Shown: positions 1-12,968 of the stretch, piece by piece
Numbering within the stretch: the first letter of the stretch is position 1
How the letters are laid out: each line of letters starts with the position of its first letter
Assembly (NCBI GenBank): GCA_023920165.1
Contig: CP089281.1
Location: 1,488,001-1,552,000, forward strand
Length of the DNA stretch: 64,000 nucleotides
Reading direction: 5' to 3'
Source: Curvularia clavata
Taxonomy: Eukaryota
Program-made: the position numbers and the translations under genes
Notes under the pieces: generated by a model
The model's database searches: none
What the model was told of the DNA's origin: nothing
What the model saw: the letters and a program-made list of their open reading frames with translations, nothing else

Positions 1-2098
1 CTACATCTGCAATGCCTAGCACACCGACCTCAGCTTCGATAACATCGCTCAAGCTGTCCGACGAAGATTCCGCTCTCGAGGAAGCTGCCAGTCAAGCCGC
101 CATGTCGAGCGGGGGTGAGGAGGAGCATGTCGAGATGCCACAGGACACCTTGAGCTTTCCACAGCTTGTCATGCCCGTGATGCAGATGCCAACGAGACGA
201 CCTTTTACGACCAAGGGGAAAGCCATGAGCAAGCTCAAGGTGATGGTTGCGGGTGAAATAGGTGCGTGATGCAAAGTGCTGACAGCAAGTGTGCATGTTC
301 AGTCCCCCATGTACTGATTTCACGATACAGGTGCCGGCAAGTCTTCTCTCGTTCGCTCAATCGTCCAGGCATGTGAAGACATTGTACACATAGACCCGCT
401 ACCGCACCCCCATTCGAACCCGCAACCACAGAAAAACAAGTCAAAGTCTCGCACAAGAAAGCCAGAGCATGTAGGCACCGCACGGGTGACTGAGATACAT
501 GCGAGCACCAAACCCTATCCACACTGGTGGGCCGACCTGGAAGAGACTCGCACACACAAGAAGAGGAAGAATAGCAGCGATACTGTCTTGGAGAGAAACA
601 TATGTTTTGTAGATACCCCCGGATACTCGCCAGGACCGACAGAGGGAGAGGATATGGGTGCCGTGATAAACTATGTCGAATCACTCTTTTACCAAACATC
701 ATCAGTCATATCGCTGGAAGACAGCGATGCACTTGGACTGGTCAGTGGCAGTGGTGGCGTCCTTGTAGACGTTGTAATCTACCTGCTATCACCTGGTAAG
801 ATAAGACCCATTATGACCCGTGCAGTTTTTCATTGCTGACATTTAGCAGGAAAAGACATCAGCAAGGACATTGACTATATGCAGCAATTGTCGTACCTCA
901 CCAACGTCATCCCTATCATAACAAAGTCGGACACTCTTTCTGCGCAGGAGATTGTAACATTGAAAACTTCCATCCTGGCCCAGCTGCAGACAACCGCCTT
1001 CAAACCTTTCTTCTTTGGAGAAACCATTGATGATGCTTTGCTCAACGTGCAAGGCCTTTCAGTAGTCTCGGATAATTCTGGAGAAGCAACGCAATACCCT
1101 TTCACAACACCTACCTATCCATATGCTGTATCCTCTACCCTGGGCCCGGATCACGACAACATGGACGCATCAGTGCTCATGTCGCCAGACTATGTGCAAC
1201 CCCTTCTTCCTTCGGAATTGACAACGCTAGTGAACCGAGTGTTTGATCCCGAGTCTATCGACTGGCTTCGACATTCAGCAGCGAAGAAGTTTGTGGCATG
1301 GCGGCGTAAGATGAAGCTCCCAGGCGAATCGACCATGATGCCTAGCAGGATTCCACCACGCAGCCCAACGGTGACTTCGATAGGGCTAAATGGAGCTGCT
1401 TCCAATCGTGAGTATTATTCACATCAGAATTCATCATCAAGCTAATCCGTCCACCAGCGTCATTGGCATCTTCTGTCTTCTCTGCTACATCGCCATCAGG
1501 TGTCCTAGTACCAGGTTCAGGATCGCCATTCTACCCTTCAAACCTCCAATCTCCCATCCTAGCATCCTCCCTAGCCAATTCCGAAGGCCTCGAACCACCG
1601 GGCGACTTCTCCCTGACGAGATATGGCCAGCTTACGCAAGGCGACCAAGGTTTCAGCCAAATCAGAATCGCAAGATGGGCCACGGATCTACAGCGCAGTC
1701 GTCGCAACGAGAGAGACCGCTTCGAGGAGCTCCAGAGTAACGAGAGAGCAAAATGGCTGCTAGAGTGTGTCAACGAAGAAGTCCCCAAAGGCACAGTCGT
1801 TGCATCTCCAGGCGCTGCGCCTAGGGCGGAATGGGCTATGGTCCGGCACGGCGATGAAAAGAAGTCTCGCAGCTTCGGCCAGCGATACGTCAAACCCATG
1901 ACTGGACTTGACTCACGAGATCCTCTTGGTCTCTGCGACTTGAGCGACGAGCTCAAGCGTCGGAGCTATGTTCTCGTCAAGATTCTGGGCGGAGTCAGTG
2001 TATTAGGTGCCGTTACGGTGGCTGTCACCAGGGCTTGTGGGTTCGAGACGGCTTTCCCACCCAGTTCGTGGTGGCCGTGGATTACGAGGTCTGATTGA
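1..2098 (+). CDS. Septin-like P-loop GTPase with C-terminal transmembrane segment (probably 5'-truncated by the window edge)
   Basis: Introns 262-330, 796-849 (or 846) and 1408-1457 join the ORFs. Splicing gives G1 GEIGAGKSS, G3 DTPGY and the septin-like stretch DIDYMQQLSYLTNVIPIITKSDTLS (G4). Hydrophobic VLVKILGGVSVLGAVTVAV lies near the C-terminus. Stop TGA at 2096-2098. Confidence 0.75.
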
Positions 2099-4776
2099 TT
2101 TGGTTCGCTAAGCCTTCACCTCCATGTATCTTCCCTGGTAGCTAGCTATCCGGGCGGCCGAAAACAACGTGAAGATCAAGAGTTGTGATGGAAAGTACTC
2201 TGTGGAAATCTTCCTCTTCTTGTCGGGGTGGTCTACATATGCACCCTTGACAAAGTGAGACATATACCCTACTCACACATGTTTCTTTCATTTTTTTCTC
2301 TCTCTAAATGACACTGTGCCGTGCGTGATGATAGATAGTATGTAAATAGAGAATGTCGTTCGATGAAATGAGGATATGAGGATACTTTGCGTCTTGTTCA
2401 TGGAATTTTAGTGTGTTTATGGTTCAATTACGTCCGTCGTATCTGTTTGAAAATAAGTAGCTGGGAGGGGTAGAGGGGAGTTGCATGTCCCATCTCCCTC
2501 GACCTTTTCCTTTATTTCATTCCTCATGATCCCGGAAATTGAGTGAGACTTTGCTGGCAACAATTATTCATTTGGTCGACCGGAAAGGAAAGAAGTGAGC
2601 TTCCTGTTATGGGTTTGTTGGTTCCTTGGGTCGATGTTGAATGTATATGCTGGCTATAGCTACGTGTAATTCTAGAACAGATACCTGGTGAGAAAGGAAC
2701 GTTGATTGCGGCTGTTCTGTCTGGAATGTGGCGAGTTTTCCCATTTTGGGGTAAGTGGTTTACGAGAGTGTGAGAAGGGTGAATTGGTTCGTTAGTTCCT
2801 GTTGGAATTTTGCTGCTTGCTGTGAGAGACGCGTGTTGGAGGTGGGAGAGCATAAACAATTGGTGACTTAGAGTGATAGGCAGCTATATTGAGGGTGTGA
2901 TGAAGAAGGGTTTGTGTTGTCTATGGAAACGTTGGCTCAAGAGAGGGGAGTTGGCGCCAAGGTACGAGTGAACAGTGTGTAAGCAGAAGTTTGTTGCTTC
3001 CTCTTATTGCATAATCTATATATTATCACCTTTTCCCTGGAGAAATCTAATTGCTGGGGAATGTGGAAATGCAGAAGAGGACTTCACAAATGCACGCGAG
3101 TTTAGCGTTTGTGTAATGGCAAGATACTACATGCAGTGTTTTCAAGTGTATGTTCAGTCTGTATGTTGTGCACCAGTACTTGGTTATCTAGCTTCTTTGA
3201 TGACAGTGAGGCGGGTGGTGAGGCGAGTGATAACCTCGTTGGTGCTGAATGACGATAGCAAAGCGCATGACCCATTATCGCGCTTCATGTTGAGCTCGTC
3301 GAATGGTCGCCTCATCTACTACCTGTGCCCTGTGCGTTTTGTTGAGTCACCGGAGTACAGCCACGAAGGATTATGTCCCCAGGCTCAAATACATGAGTTA
3401 ATCAACTCAATCCGCGGCATGACAGATGGTTACACAGACTTGATGCACGCCACCACGCGCCATGGGTACGAGGCATGGGATCTGGCTTTTTGCATGGCCT
3501 CTTCGTTTCCACATGGGCCATGACTTACATGGCTAGACTTTGTCGACCAGGGCCGTACCTGTTCCGGCGGCGTACAAGTTGAAATGTCAGAAGAAGACGA
3601 AAACACCTGTGTCCACGTTTGGCCAGTGCTGACCTGGTGTTCGGAATGAGTGAAACTCACTTTACCGGAAGCCTCAACTAACTGGGAAGCGCAGAACTCC
3701 GTCACGAGGTGCAGGGACGTTGCAAGGGAGAGCATCTAGTGGATTCCGGCAAAGTGGATACTGTGCCACTGTTACTTACTGCGTATCCGTGCACATTTGT
3801 CCGTCTATCCAGCAAAGTTGTTCGGTAGTGGCCCATGCTAGAACATGGATATCATGTGCTGTAGGGCGTTTTTTGACGTAGTGACTAGTCAGTTGGATTC
3901 AGACCCCACATTTTCAAAACATCAAGCGGGTCTGGTGGCGGAATGTTGGCGAGATTCGACCCTGCAAGGATCTCGTGATATTATGGCGATTACCAGGCTG
4001 CAAGCCCGAGCCGGGGTCCGGGCTGGACCGGGGCATGTGCAAACTGAATTGAAAGACTTTACAAATCCTGACATAGGTTCCACGGAGATTTTTAACAACG
4101 GTCTTTGTATGGGTGTAGGTGTATGAGGTTGGAAAAAAAACCTATAGCGTTGGGAAGTACAGCGATCTCCATGGGTATCGTACCCGTCACTGGGACACAA
4201 AAATTACTGAAAGCGGTTAGCAACTACTTGGAGAGGACCTCGAGAACCGAGATTATGGATTCTTATGGCGTTCAATTATATGGCACTTTGTCGTATCGGA
4301 ATCAACAATATCGATGATAAAATGGATAGCTGAGTAAGTGCACGGGCAGAATAGATGCAATCAGATCCTACGACTGTAAGAAAACGATATCGACGATAGC
4401 ACAGACACGACATCATGCAGGGGCCTTATTTCACATGAATTGTGGAGATCTAGTGGCACGGCTGATCGGTGTCAGATGATAGTATGATGCGTACTGCAGC
4501 CGCGTGCAAAATGTTGTATAGAATTTGTCGACGCCACTTACGCATGTTGGGATTAGTCTAAAGGTTGTGGAGATGATGTTAGATACCATTGCCTCAGCGT
4601 CTGCTACGTTTCTTATACCGAAGACGTGGTTCGTCATCACACCTGTTTGCCTGGCCCAACTCAGCCGACCATTCTAAATGCAATATGAATAAGAAACCAT
4701 TGAAGCAACTCCATGCTCATACATTGATAGCGCCACGTTAGCAACATCTCAAATGCCACAATGGCCTGCAAGTTCC

Positions 4777-6508
4777 CTATTGCGAGTTTTCCTGCTTACG
4801 CTCGGCCGCATCTTCCCAGACGCATCTAGTGCACATACAATCACCACCCAATGCCCCGACTGCCCACTCCCGTCTCTCCTTGACTGGCAGACGCACATCG
4901 CAGTAGTGACCGAAAACCTCGTCGTCTTTCTTCAGGCCAGGCTTCTTGCTAGGATCTCTACCTGTCCAGTCTACGAGCTCCTTGCGCGTCCAGAACCGCA
5001 TGGACCCACACCACTCCCATGCTACGTTTGGGTCGCAGCTGTGATTTGCGAGACACCACATGGGGTGAACAGCACTAATCTCAGGCCTTCCGTCTAGGCC
5101 CTGTTGTGCAGAAGCTGTTCCTCGGAACTTTGCATACAGCGTATTGAAAACCCAGGTATCATACCTGTGGCTCTCGGTGAATATATTAACATCCATCTGC
5201 TCAAGAACATGAAGTGGCATAAGCACGTTGCTGTTGAAAGAAAAGGATAGTGTTTGTGGTACGTTTGCAAAAGGGTGGGTAAGATGACCAGAAGGACCCG
5301 CTTGCCACACAGAGTCGAGATCTTTGCCATGGTAGTCGCCCCAAATATAGCGTAGTTCTTTCAGTTCCAATGGATGAAGGTCCTGGGTCTGAGCCAATGC
5401 CAACGCACGAACCAGAAGAAGGCTATAGAGGTAGTCCGCCGCTTCCCGAGCGGAAACCTTGCTTTGGTCAACGCTTACGCCGCATATCGAAGGGTGGTAG
5501 TGATCCTGGGCGAGGTCATGGCATTCCTCGCTGCAGAAGAAAACCTCATTGCATTCTTCACATGTTATGTTTTCGTGCGTTGCTCCAGAATCAGATAGAG
5601 GGATGCTGCAAGCATCGCAATATGACTCGTGTAGTCTTGATATGCCAGTGAGCAGGGACTTCTCCTCCAGGATGGTCTCTCCAGGGGCTATGTCCTCTTT
5701 GGCGAACAGGCCTAGTTGCTTGGTGTACTGTGGCTCCAACGATGTTCCGGTGGCAGAAGGGGCTGTGGCAAGGAGTGGCAATTCAGCGACCCTTACCTCC
5801 AGTCTTGGTGCTATTCCCGCAAGCTCTTCGTTGAGAAAGTCCAGACATTCTGCAGAGAATCGATCTGGCTCATAATTGTTCCAGGAATAGTTTTCACGTC
5901 GAACAAGTCCTTTATCGGGATAATCATCAACCTCCATATCCTCGAAGTTCTCCCCGTTCTGCTCACAGTGAGACTTGAGGCGTTCTGCCAAGGACTCATC
6001 GTAGCTTTGGAAAGCTTTGTCATTGGGGAATGCTTTCATCGCGCGAGCAATGTAATCAAATCCACTGCGAAAGCAGCCGCAGTCTAATAAACTCGGGATC
6101 AGAATATCATAGCTGGGCGAATTAGCCTTTTTCCAAGTATGTTGGTCAACCTAATAAGCTGCTTACATACGCTGTTCTCGACCATTGCGTTCGCGCATAA
6201 GTTATGACATCTTCATAGCCTGAAGGAAGAGTCTCCTTGTCAGCACCTATTGATAAGTCTGCTATTTTTTCCGGAATAAGATCCGCGCGTGCAGCATCTA
6301 GGGCTTCATCATGGTATTCGCCTTCCTCAGTCAACTCATCCACCAAGACCAATGCTTTATAAGCATCTCCCGTAGCAAGATCTGGATAGCCAAGCTCCTT
6401 GTAGGCTTTCGCAAGATTCAGGCGATGCAAGATGCTGTAGGGCTGCTCAAGAGTGGCATTTTGTAATGCAACCAATTTTTCGGTCAATTGCCGACGCAAA
6501 TTGATCAT
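4777..6508 (-). CDS. SET-domain lysine methyltransferase with inserted MYND-type zinc finger (SMYD/Set5-like) and N-terminal TPR-like helices
   Basis: Intron 6113-6170 (GTATGT...GCTAAT...CAG) joins the 120-aa and 420-aa ORFs in frame. Motifs: GLFAKEDIAPGETIL (SET-N), CDAC...CEEC...FCSEECH...HPSIC (MYND), NHSCDPN, post-SET CMCTRC. Confidence 0.88.
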
Positions 6509-6797
6509 GTCCTATAATGGTCAGGGAGTATGATAGAAACAGGAGGATTGCGACTTGCCTCCATTTTCGAAAATTATTGAATGATGAGCCGCAGCGTGCT
6601 TGTTGCGGCGCTTTTTCTCTCTACAAAATCTTCTTTGGGGGTAGATTGTGGGGGCAGTTGGTACGTACCTATCGATAAAGATGCTAGCTTCATTCAGTCC
6701 TTCCCTCATTAGCTAACGTTCATCGCTCATACGCGCCACAACCATTCCAATCGAGCGGCTCGTACAACGGCCACAGAAACAACATCAACCGGAAATC
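6509..6797. promoter_or_regulatory. Short bidirectional promoter between the SET gene and the LisH-WD40 gene
   Basis: Divergent ATGs at 6508 (-) and 6798 (+), about 290 bp apart. Contains TATCGATAAAGAT at 6670-6682. Confidence 0.6.
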
Positions 6798-8296
6798 ATG
6801 CTTCCGTCAGCAGCTGAGCTAGTGGCTCGATTCTTGAGAGTTAATGGGTACAAACAGGTGACGTCATCTTGCCTGAGAGCTGGCATGCATCCATTAACAC
6901 TTTACTAGACATTGAACAGCTTTGTTCAGGAAGCTGAACTACCTCCAGATATTGGTGCAGCTTCAGATGACCAGGTCACTATTGAGTCTGTCTTACAAGA
7001 GAAGAAGAGATTTGATCTGAGCCTCAACTTCGAGAAGCTTGGTATCGATGACACCGATCAAGGATGGGCCGTTAAAGCACCCACCGAACCGAAGGAAGTA
7101 GGGACTCTGCCCAACAGATCGAACATCCTTAGTATATCAGTATTGAATCTTCTACTCCCATCTGCAACAGCCAGCAGGCAATACATTGCGGTCACCACGG
7201 CAGATCGTCATCTCCACTTGATGGACCCATGTACACCTGAGTTTGAGCTTGCACACACATATTCCAGCTTTCAAGACTCGCCTACCTTGGACATTGTGCC
7301 TGTGGATACCCAACACATACTGATCGCCTCAATGTCAGGCAAGCTGACTTTGTTCAACACAGCGAACAATGCAATCATAGAAGAACGGAAAGACCACAAT
7401 AAGTATCTCGTCAAGCTATCTAGCTTTCTGTCTGACGGAGCTTCGATGCTGGTTGCCAGTGCAGGGTGGGATGCCAAGGTATACCTATACAAACTCGACC
7501 TCAGTGCCGAAAAACCGCTGCTCGGTAACCCAATAGCAACTTTAACGCTACCAAGTATCCCAGAATCCACCATGTTTGTCGCCTTGCCTGGAGATGGTAC
7601 GCCTGCTCTAGTAGTTGCCAGAAGGGACTCTACATTTCTTCACTACTACGCTGTTCCTAGCCCCAATTCACCGGAGTTCACCCTCCTAGGAAAACAGAAT
7701 CTTGCACCTCACTCAAACGCTTGGGTGGCTTTCACCCCTTCTGATATACATATATGCCCTACAAATCCATACTTAGCCGCTGTCGCGACATCCAGGTGGG
7801 TATTTGCGCACAGTAAACATTTACGAATTGTACTAACCTTGTATCCTTGACGAGCAGCACCCCCCACATGAAGCTTCTGATAGTCAAGCTTCTACTACCT
7901 CCCACTCGGTCTTCTGGACTGGCCGCAGAAACTAGCCCAGGCCCGGATGGACTCGTCACACAAGCGTCGCAAGCTCGGGCAGAACTGGCTGTTGCAGATA
8001 AGGAAGAAGCTGCTATATTGGTCAACGTCTCCACTCTAGCGCCACAGACATCGTACTCGACTCCACGCCTGGCATGGCGTCCGGATGGCTCGGGTGTATA
8101 TGTAAGCTCTGATGATGGAGTTGTACGTGGTATCGAAGCGAAGAGCGGGAAATTGATTTCCTCTTTGCAAGCGCACGAGCCTGGCTCGAAGATCCGCTGT
8201 CTCTGGGCTGGCTACATGATGAACGATGACGAGAAGGCCGAGTACTTGATAAGCGGCGGCTTCGATCAGAAGCTCATTGTCTGGGGATCTCTTTGA
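6798..8296 (+). CDS. LisH-motif WD40-repeat protein
   Basis: Exon 1 MLPSAAELVARFLRVNGYKQ, intron 6858-6908, then TLNSFVQEA (LisH pattern). WD-like repeats: ASAGWDAKVYLY, LAWRPDGSGVYVSSDDGVVR, LISGGFDQKLIVW. Second intron 7796-7857. Confidence 0.82.
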
Positions 8297-9341
8297 TCCA
8301 ACAAAGCTCGTGGTTGTCTACATGTAGAGATTCTTGGGCTAGGCTTCGTCTTGGCAAGTCAGCGCTTTTTTGACAAGCAACAGCTTTCGAAAACATAGTC
8401 AAACCAGGTAACAGCTAAAGACAATCAGATCGGAGGATTTTGTATTCTTGGAGCCGAAGTCTGGCAACGAGCAAGAAGAAATCGCCTGCAAATGGAGCCA
8501 ATCATGTGACCCAAAAGTCGCAGATGTTTTTATGGATCTTACCAACATATGTGAAACATCGTCATTACTAGCAGATCTCGCAGGGGTCGAGTCAGGCTTC
8601 TGTACTGTCTGTGCTGAAGCTACGCCCACCAAACTACCCCACGAAGGCTGACCATGCGCCTTACATATTTCGATTAACATTCCAGGACCAAGAGTAATTG
8701 CTTTTGTCGGGTTGACTGTGTAAGACTCCGCTACACCATTTACAGTCCACAACTAGAGCTGAAAATGCGGTCTGCTCAAGATGGCAAAATACAAAGCGGT
8801 GAGAGCTTCACTACTAAGGCTGCAGCTCATTCAAAGATGCTGGCGTAATTCTCAAAGATAGATCGACAACGGCCATGAAGCCTTCCGTTTGGGGCGCAAC
8901 CAATAGCACTTCATGGCTACCATGCAGGATCTGGGCGACCCGCTCCGGGTGCCGCTCCAGCCCTGATTCTCTCGGGGAAGCGGGCGGACCTCTTGGGCTT
9001 CCCTTTTCAACGCCCCATTGACGCCACAGTTTATGTCAACTAGATCAGCTCCAAAGACAAGAGGATTAGTATCCTCAGCCATTAATACGACGGGATATGC
9101 ATCGTCAGTAGTAAGATTTCAAGATGTCCGCGGAGGAGAAGGTATAAGTGCGATGCCAATACTACCACATCTCAGGAACTCATCCTTTATGATCTTGCTC
9201 GTTCCTCTCTACTGAGTTTCGCAGATTAGCCTATTTACAGAATTATCCTAGGCTCGTTTCCTTCCTGTATTACCTGCTTGGAAGTTAGATTGACATTTGT
9301 TTTGGAAACGCTCTAGGCTCAACTGCTTCCTTCCCACTGAT

Positions 9342-10386
9342 ATGTCTTACTCGGGTTTGTGGAAAGAGAGCGATGGCGACTTTTTACTTGTAGTATCTGG
9401 CACGATCCGCTATGCACCGTATTTAGCTGGTTGGCAAGAATTCAAAGATCATCTTCGTAAAGTGGTCAAGGAACAGCCAGGTTGGGCCGAGGTATGTTCT
9501 AGTCAAGGTTATCGAAGAGGGGAGATGCAGGGATGGTGTCGAATAAGAGACAGAGAGGATGCGGATGCAGTGTTTAGTATGTGGTCCCGATTCTTAATAA
9601 TGTGAGAGATTACTGACTCAAAGTCTAGAGGTCTATTACCTAGCCAAAGGCATGCTGGTGCATGTCTGGGAAACCAGCCGTAAGGGTGATGGCTACCGGT
9701 TGATGCGGTGTAATTGTTCTACTGCATTTCCCGAAATCCCAGAAGGTGGCCACTCCACCGGACGCTGTGGCATCGATATTGGAAGAGTTGACCAGTTGAG
9801 TGGGGGTCCAACGGCATATGCCGCAGTTTCGGCCCCGTATATGCCAGCACAGTCCAGCTACCCGTACCCCATGTACGCTCAGATGCAAGCCTATTCACAA
9901 CCGCAGCAGCAGCAACAACAACTGGTATATGCCCCTGTTCCAGTTTATCCTACTTATGGCATGTCGAGCCCAGCGCTCTACTCAAGTAGCACCAACGGAA
10001 TGCCCGTCAACATCCAAGGCGGAGCCATTCTCACAGAAGCTCGTGGTATTTTCATCCGAAACTTGAGCTACAAGTGCACCATGGAACATCTCAATGCTTT
10101 GTTGTTGCAGAGCGTAGGATGTGCCCTCGACATCCAGTTGCTTCGAGACAACAAGACAGGGACTTTCAAAGGCGCCGCCACTGCCAAGTTCGCCTCGAAG
10201 GAATTGGCGCAGCACGCGGCAAAAACCTTGAATGGCCAAATGCACATGGGAATGACGCTAAATGTGCGCATGGACACCGATACTACTGTCGTGGGGCAGA
10301 CTGAGCCTATGGTCGTAAACGGGTCATACAGGGTGAGTTCAACAAAAGAATAATTTTGATGTTCACCTGACAACTTTCAGCCATGA
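9342..10386 (+). CDS. RRM-domain RNA-binding protein
   Basis: Intron 9577-9628 joins the ORFs in frame. C-terminal RRM with IFIRNLS (RNP2) and FKGAATAKF (RNP1-like). N-terminal WQEFKDHLR motif. Probable final intron 10333-10380 followed by CCA TGA. Confidence 0.8.
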
Positions 10387-12968
10387 ATGTTTGACGTAAC
10401 GTTGGATGCGGTATCATTGTTGCATTTTTCGGAGTTTGTTATAATCATTTGCAATCAGCACTTCCGGGAGCGATGTCGCTATGAGATATCAACATTACCC
10501 CACGACCATTTTTTTTCTAACGGAGATAGCAAAGATACATGGAGGCCAATGGAAAGCTTTCCGAAGAAACGACCAATCACATCGTGTGGCCGGTTGTCGC
10601 TATTGCATCATCTCTTGCACATCCATAGTAGAAGTGAAACCATGAAATGTGAATGGCCAGATATGTATGCATTGAGTTATGTGATTATGCGAGGCATCAA
10701 ACTACGCAACCCTAGTAGTACACGCCATGATGTGTGCAACCAGGCAATCTCCGATGGGGATGCACGAAATAAGATGCAGGGGTTTGAGGTCTAACGGATC
10801 GTTCGCTTTGAGATTGTGAACAAGAAAACATACCGATAGTCCCAACTTGCTGGTTGGCCCAGACCCACATGAGGGGTTGCATCACATGCTCTTAATGCGG
10901 AACTTTGAGCGAGCATCAGTGCCTTCTGTTACCTAAATGACCCCTGTATATACATTCTTGGCGCAGGTGCCCACCGCTTGCTGGGTACACAAGCCTTCCT
11001 TCGCGTATCGAAAGCTGGGTTCCCACATTCCGTGCCCGCCCTGGCCCATGTGAATTTCGTCCTTCTGACCACCTCCTCGGGTCGCTTGGCTCGATTTGTG
11101 GACACATAGGCTAATGGCATCATCGGGCTACACTCGTTGCCGAACCGGGTGGGGCCAAGCACCTCTAGACACCCAACCTCCTCTACGTTCTTGAAGTCCG
11201 CGGCACTAGAAATAGATACCTACCCAGGTCTTGAGTAATCATCGTCTTATAGGCTGTGTTGCGTCCATTACCAAGCACTTCACTGTCGTCTCTGCTATCT
11301 TTCTTTTCTACCAAGAAAGACACACCACCAGCCTCTGTTGTACTGGATCGCAAAAGCAAATGTAGCAATGCAGGCATGGACTTAGCGGATTTACGCACAT
11401 CTCGCCCAGGGATTTCTGTAATTGGGATGGAATGATCTCGCCCTTCAGCCTTAGATCGGCGCCTCCGGATCTTGACGAAAAGCAATCGTTGCAAAAACGT
11501 GTTGCTGAAACTAAGAGAGCTGAGACCAGGACAAGGGTTACTCAACTCGCTGGAGCCTACGCTGTGGCTGGTTGTCAAACCATCCAGACGGTTATGTGCT
11601 CCATAGGCATGCCAGCTGTGTGTACCGAACGGTACATATTCAACTGCACGCCAAGGACATGCGGAGGTTGACATACTGCCATGGTTGCGGAGGGGCTGAG
11701 CGAACACTGGTGCGAGGTCGATATGCATGTGACATCGAACGGTGGGGTACAAAAGCAGAGGTAAGCAATACTTACATCAGCCAACTGCAGAGAACAGAGC
11801 AAATTAGGATGTTGGAATGCCTACCTCTGGATGCACTGTGGCCAAAGTGGAGTGCATAGTTCTGGAGAATGCCGATCCCCCTCTTCTTCAAGGCCTGGTC
11901 CTCACGATCTGCGATGTTACAATTTTCTGCTTTTTGCCTTGGCGTGCTACCGATATATCAATTTCCCGACCGTAGAGCACGTGGATAAGGCGTCAAAGAA
12001 AAAGAGACTTTGGCTGACATGCTCATCTAGATGCGCCATATGTTTTCTTATCAAAAATCACTCATGTATGCCCGACGACGACCAAATAGGATCACATAGG
12101 ATATTCTTGATGAGTGGCACAAATGTAACCTTCGCGTCCATACACGGTTTCTATCGATAATATGTCATCGTTTTCAGAAGATACCACAGTCAATGCAACA
12201 CCGAACTAAATAGGAAAACACTTGTCCAAAAATTACAACAACTAGAACAAGCAAGCCTTGGAGAACCCCCGGAATAATCCATCTGACGGTGAGATTTAAA
12301 AAAAAGAACCATTTACACCACCATTCTGTCTCCAGCCTCAGAAAACAAGGGCCTGTCCAAAATCTAACAACTGAAGCACGACATATCACAACGGCCAGAA
12401 TTAGGACTAGAATGGATAGTGCAGAGTAGAAAAAGGGCCGACTCCGGCACGCCATCGGTTCAACTCTAATTTGTTTGCTGGAAAAGACCCTGAGAATCAC
12501 CCGCAAGCCACTGAGTCCCAGATCTACCCTGCATATCTTGGGTCAAGGTATGGGCAAGAAAAAAACAGCGGTCATATTGGGCTCCAAAAAGCACCAAACA
12601 ATAGGAAATAGACTGCATTCATGTCCTTCTTTTGTTGTGAGTGTATGTGGGAGTTTTAGTGATAATCGATCAGAGAATATACTATGACAATGGAATGATG
12701 AGACATTTTGCGAAGAATCGAGGGAGGGTCAGACTAAATCATATCACTTGAAAAGCAACGTTAGAACTATTGGAAATTGCTATTGCGGAATAGTCATGTT
12801 ATTTGCGGAATCAGCTTGACCTTGATTCCTATATAACCATCTATATCATTCCTATATTCTAATAGATGCTGCAGGATCGATACAGCACAACTACCGGGTA
12901 TCAAACACCTTCTTCAATCCTATGGTCCAACCCTACGCATCTTTCCTGTCATCTCACAAGACCGACCT

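Noticed and set aside
8399..8752. 117-aa minus-strand ORF after the WD40 gene
   Set aside because: Non-ATG start and no recognisable motif or splice structure.
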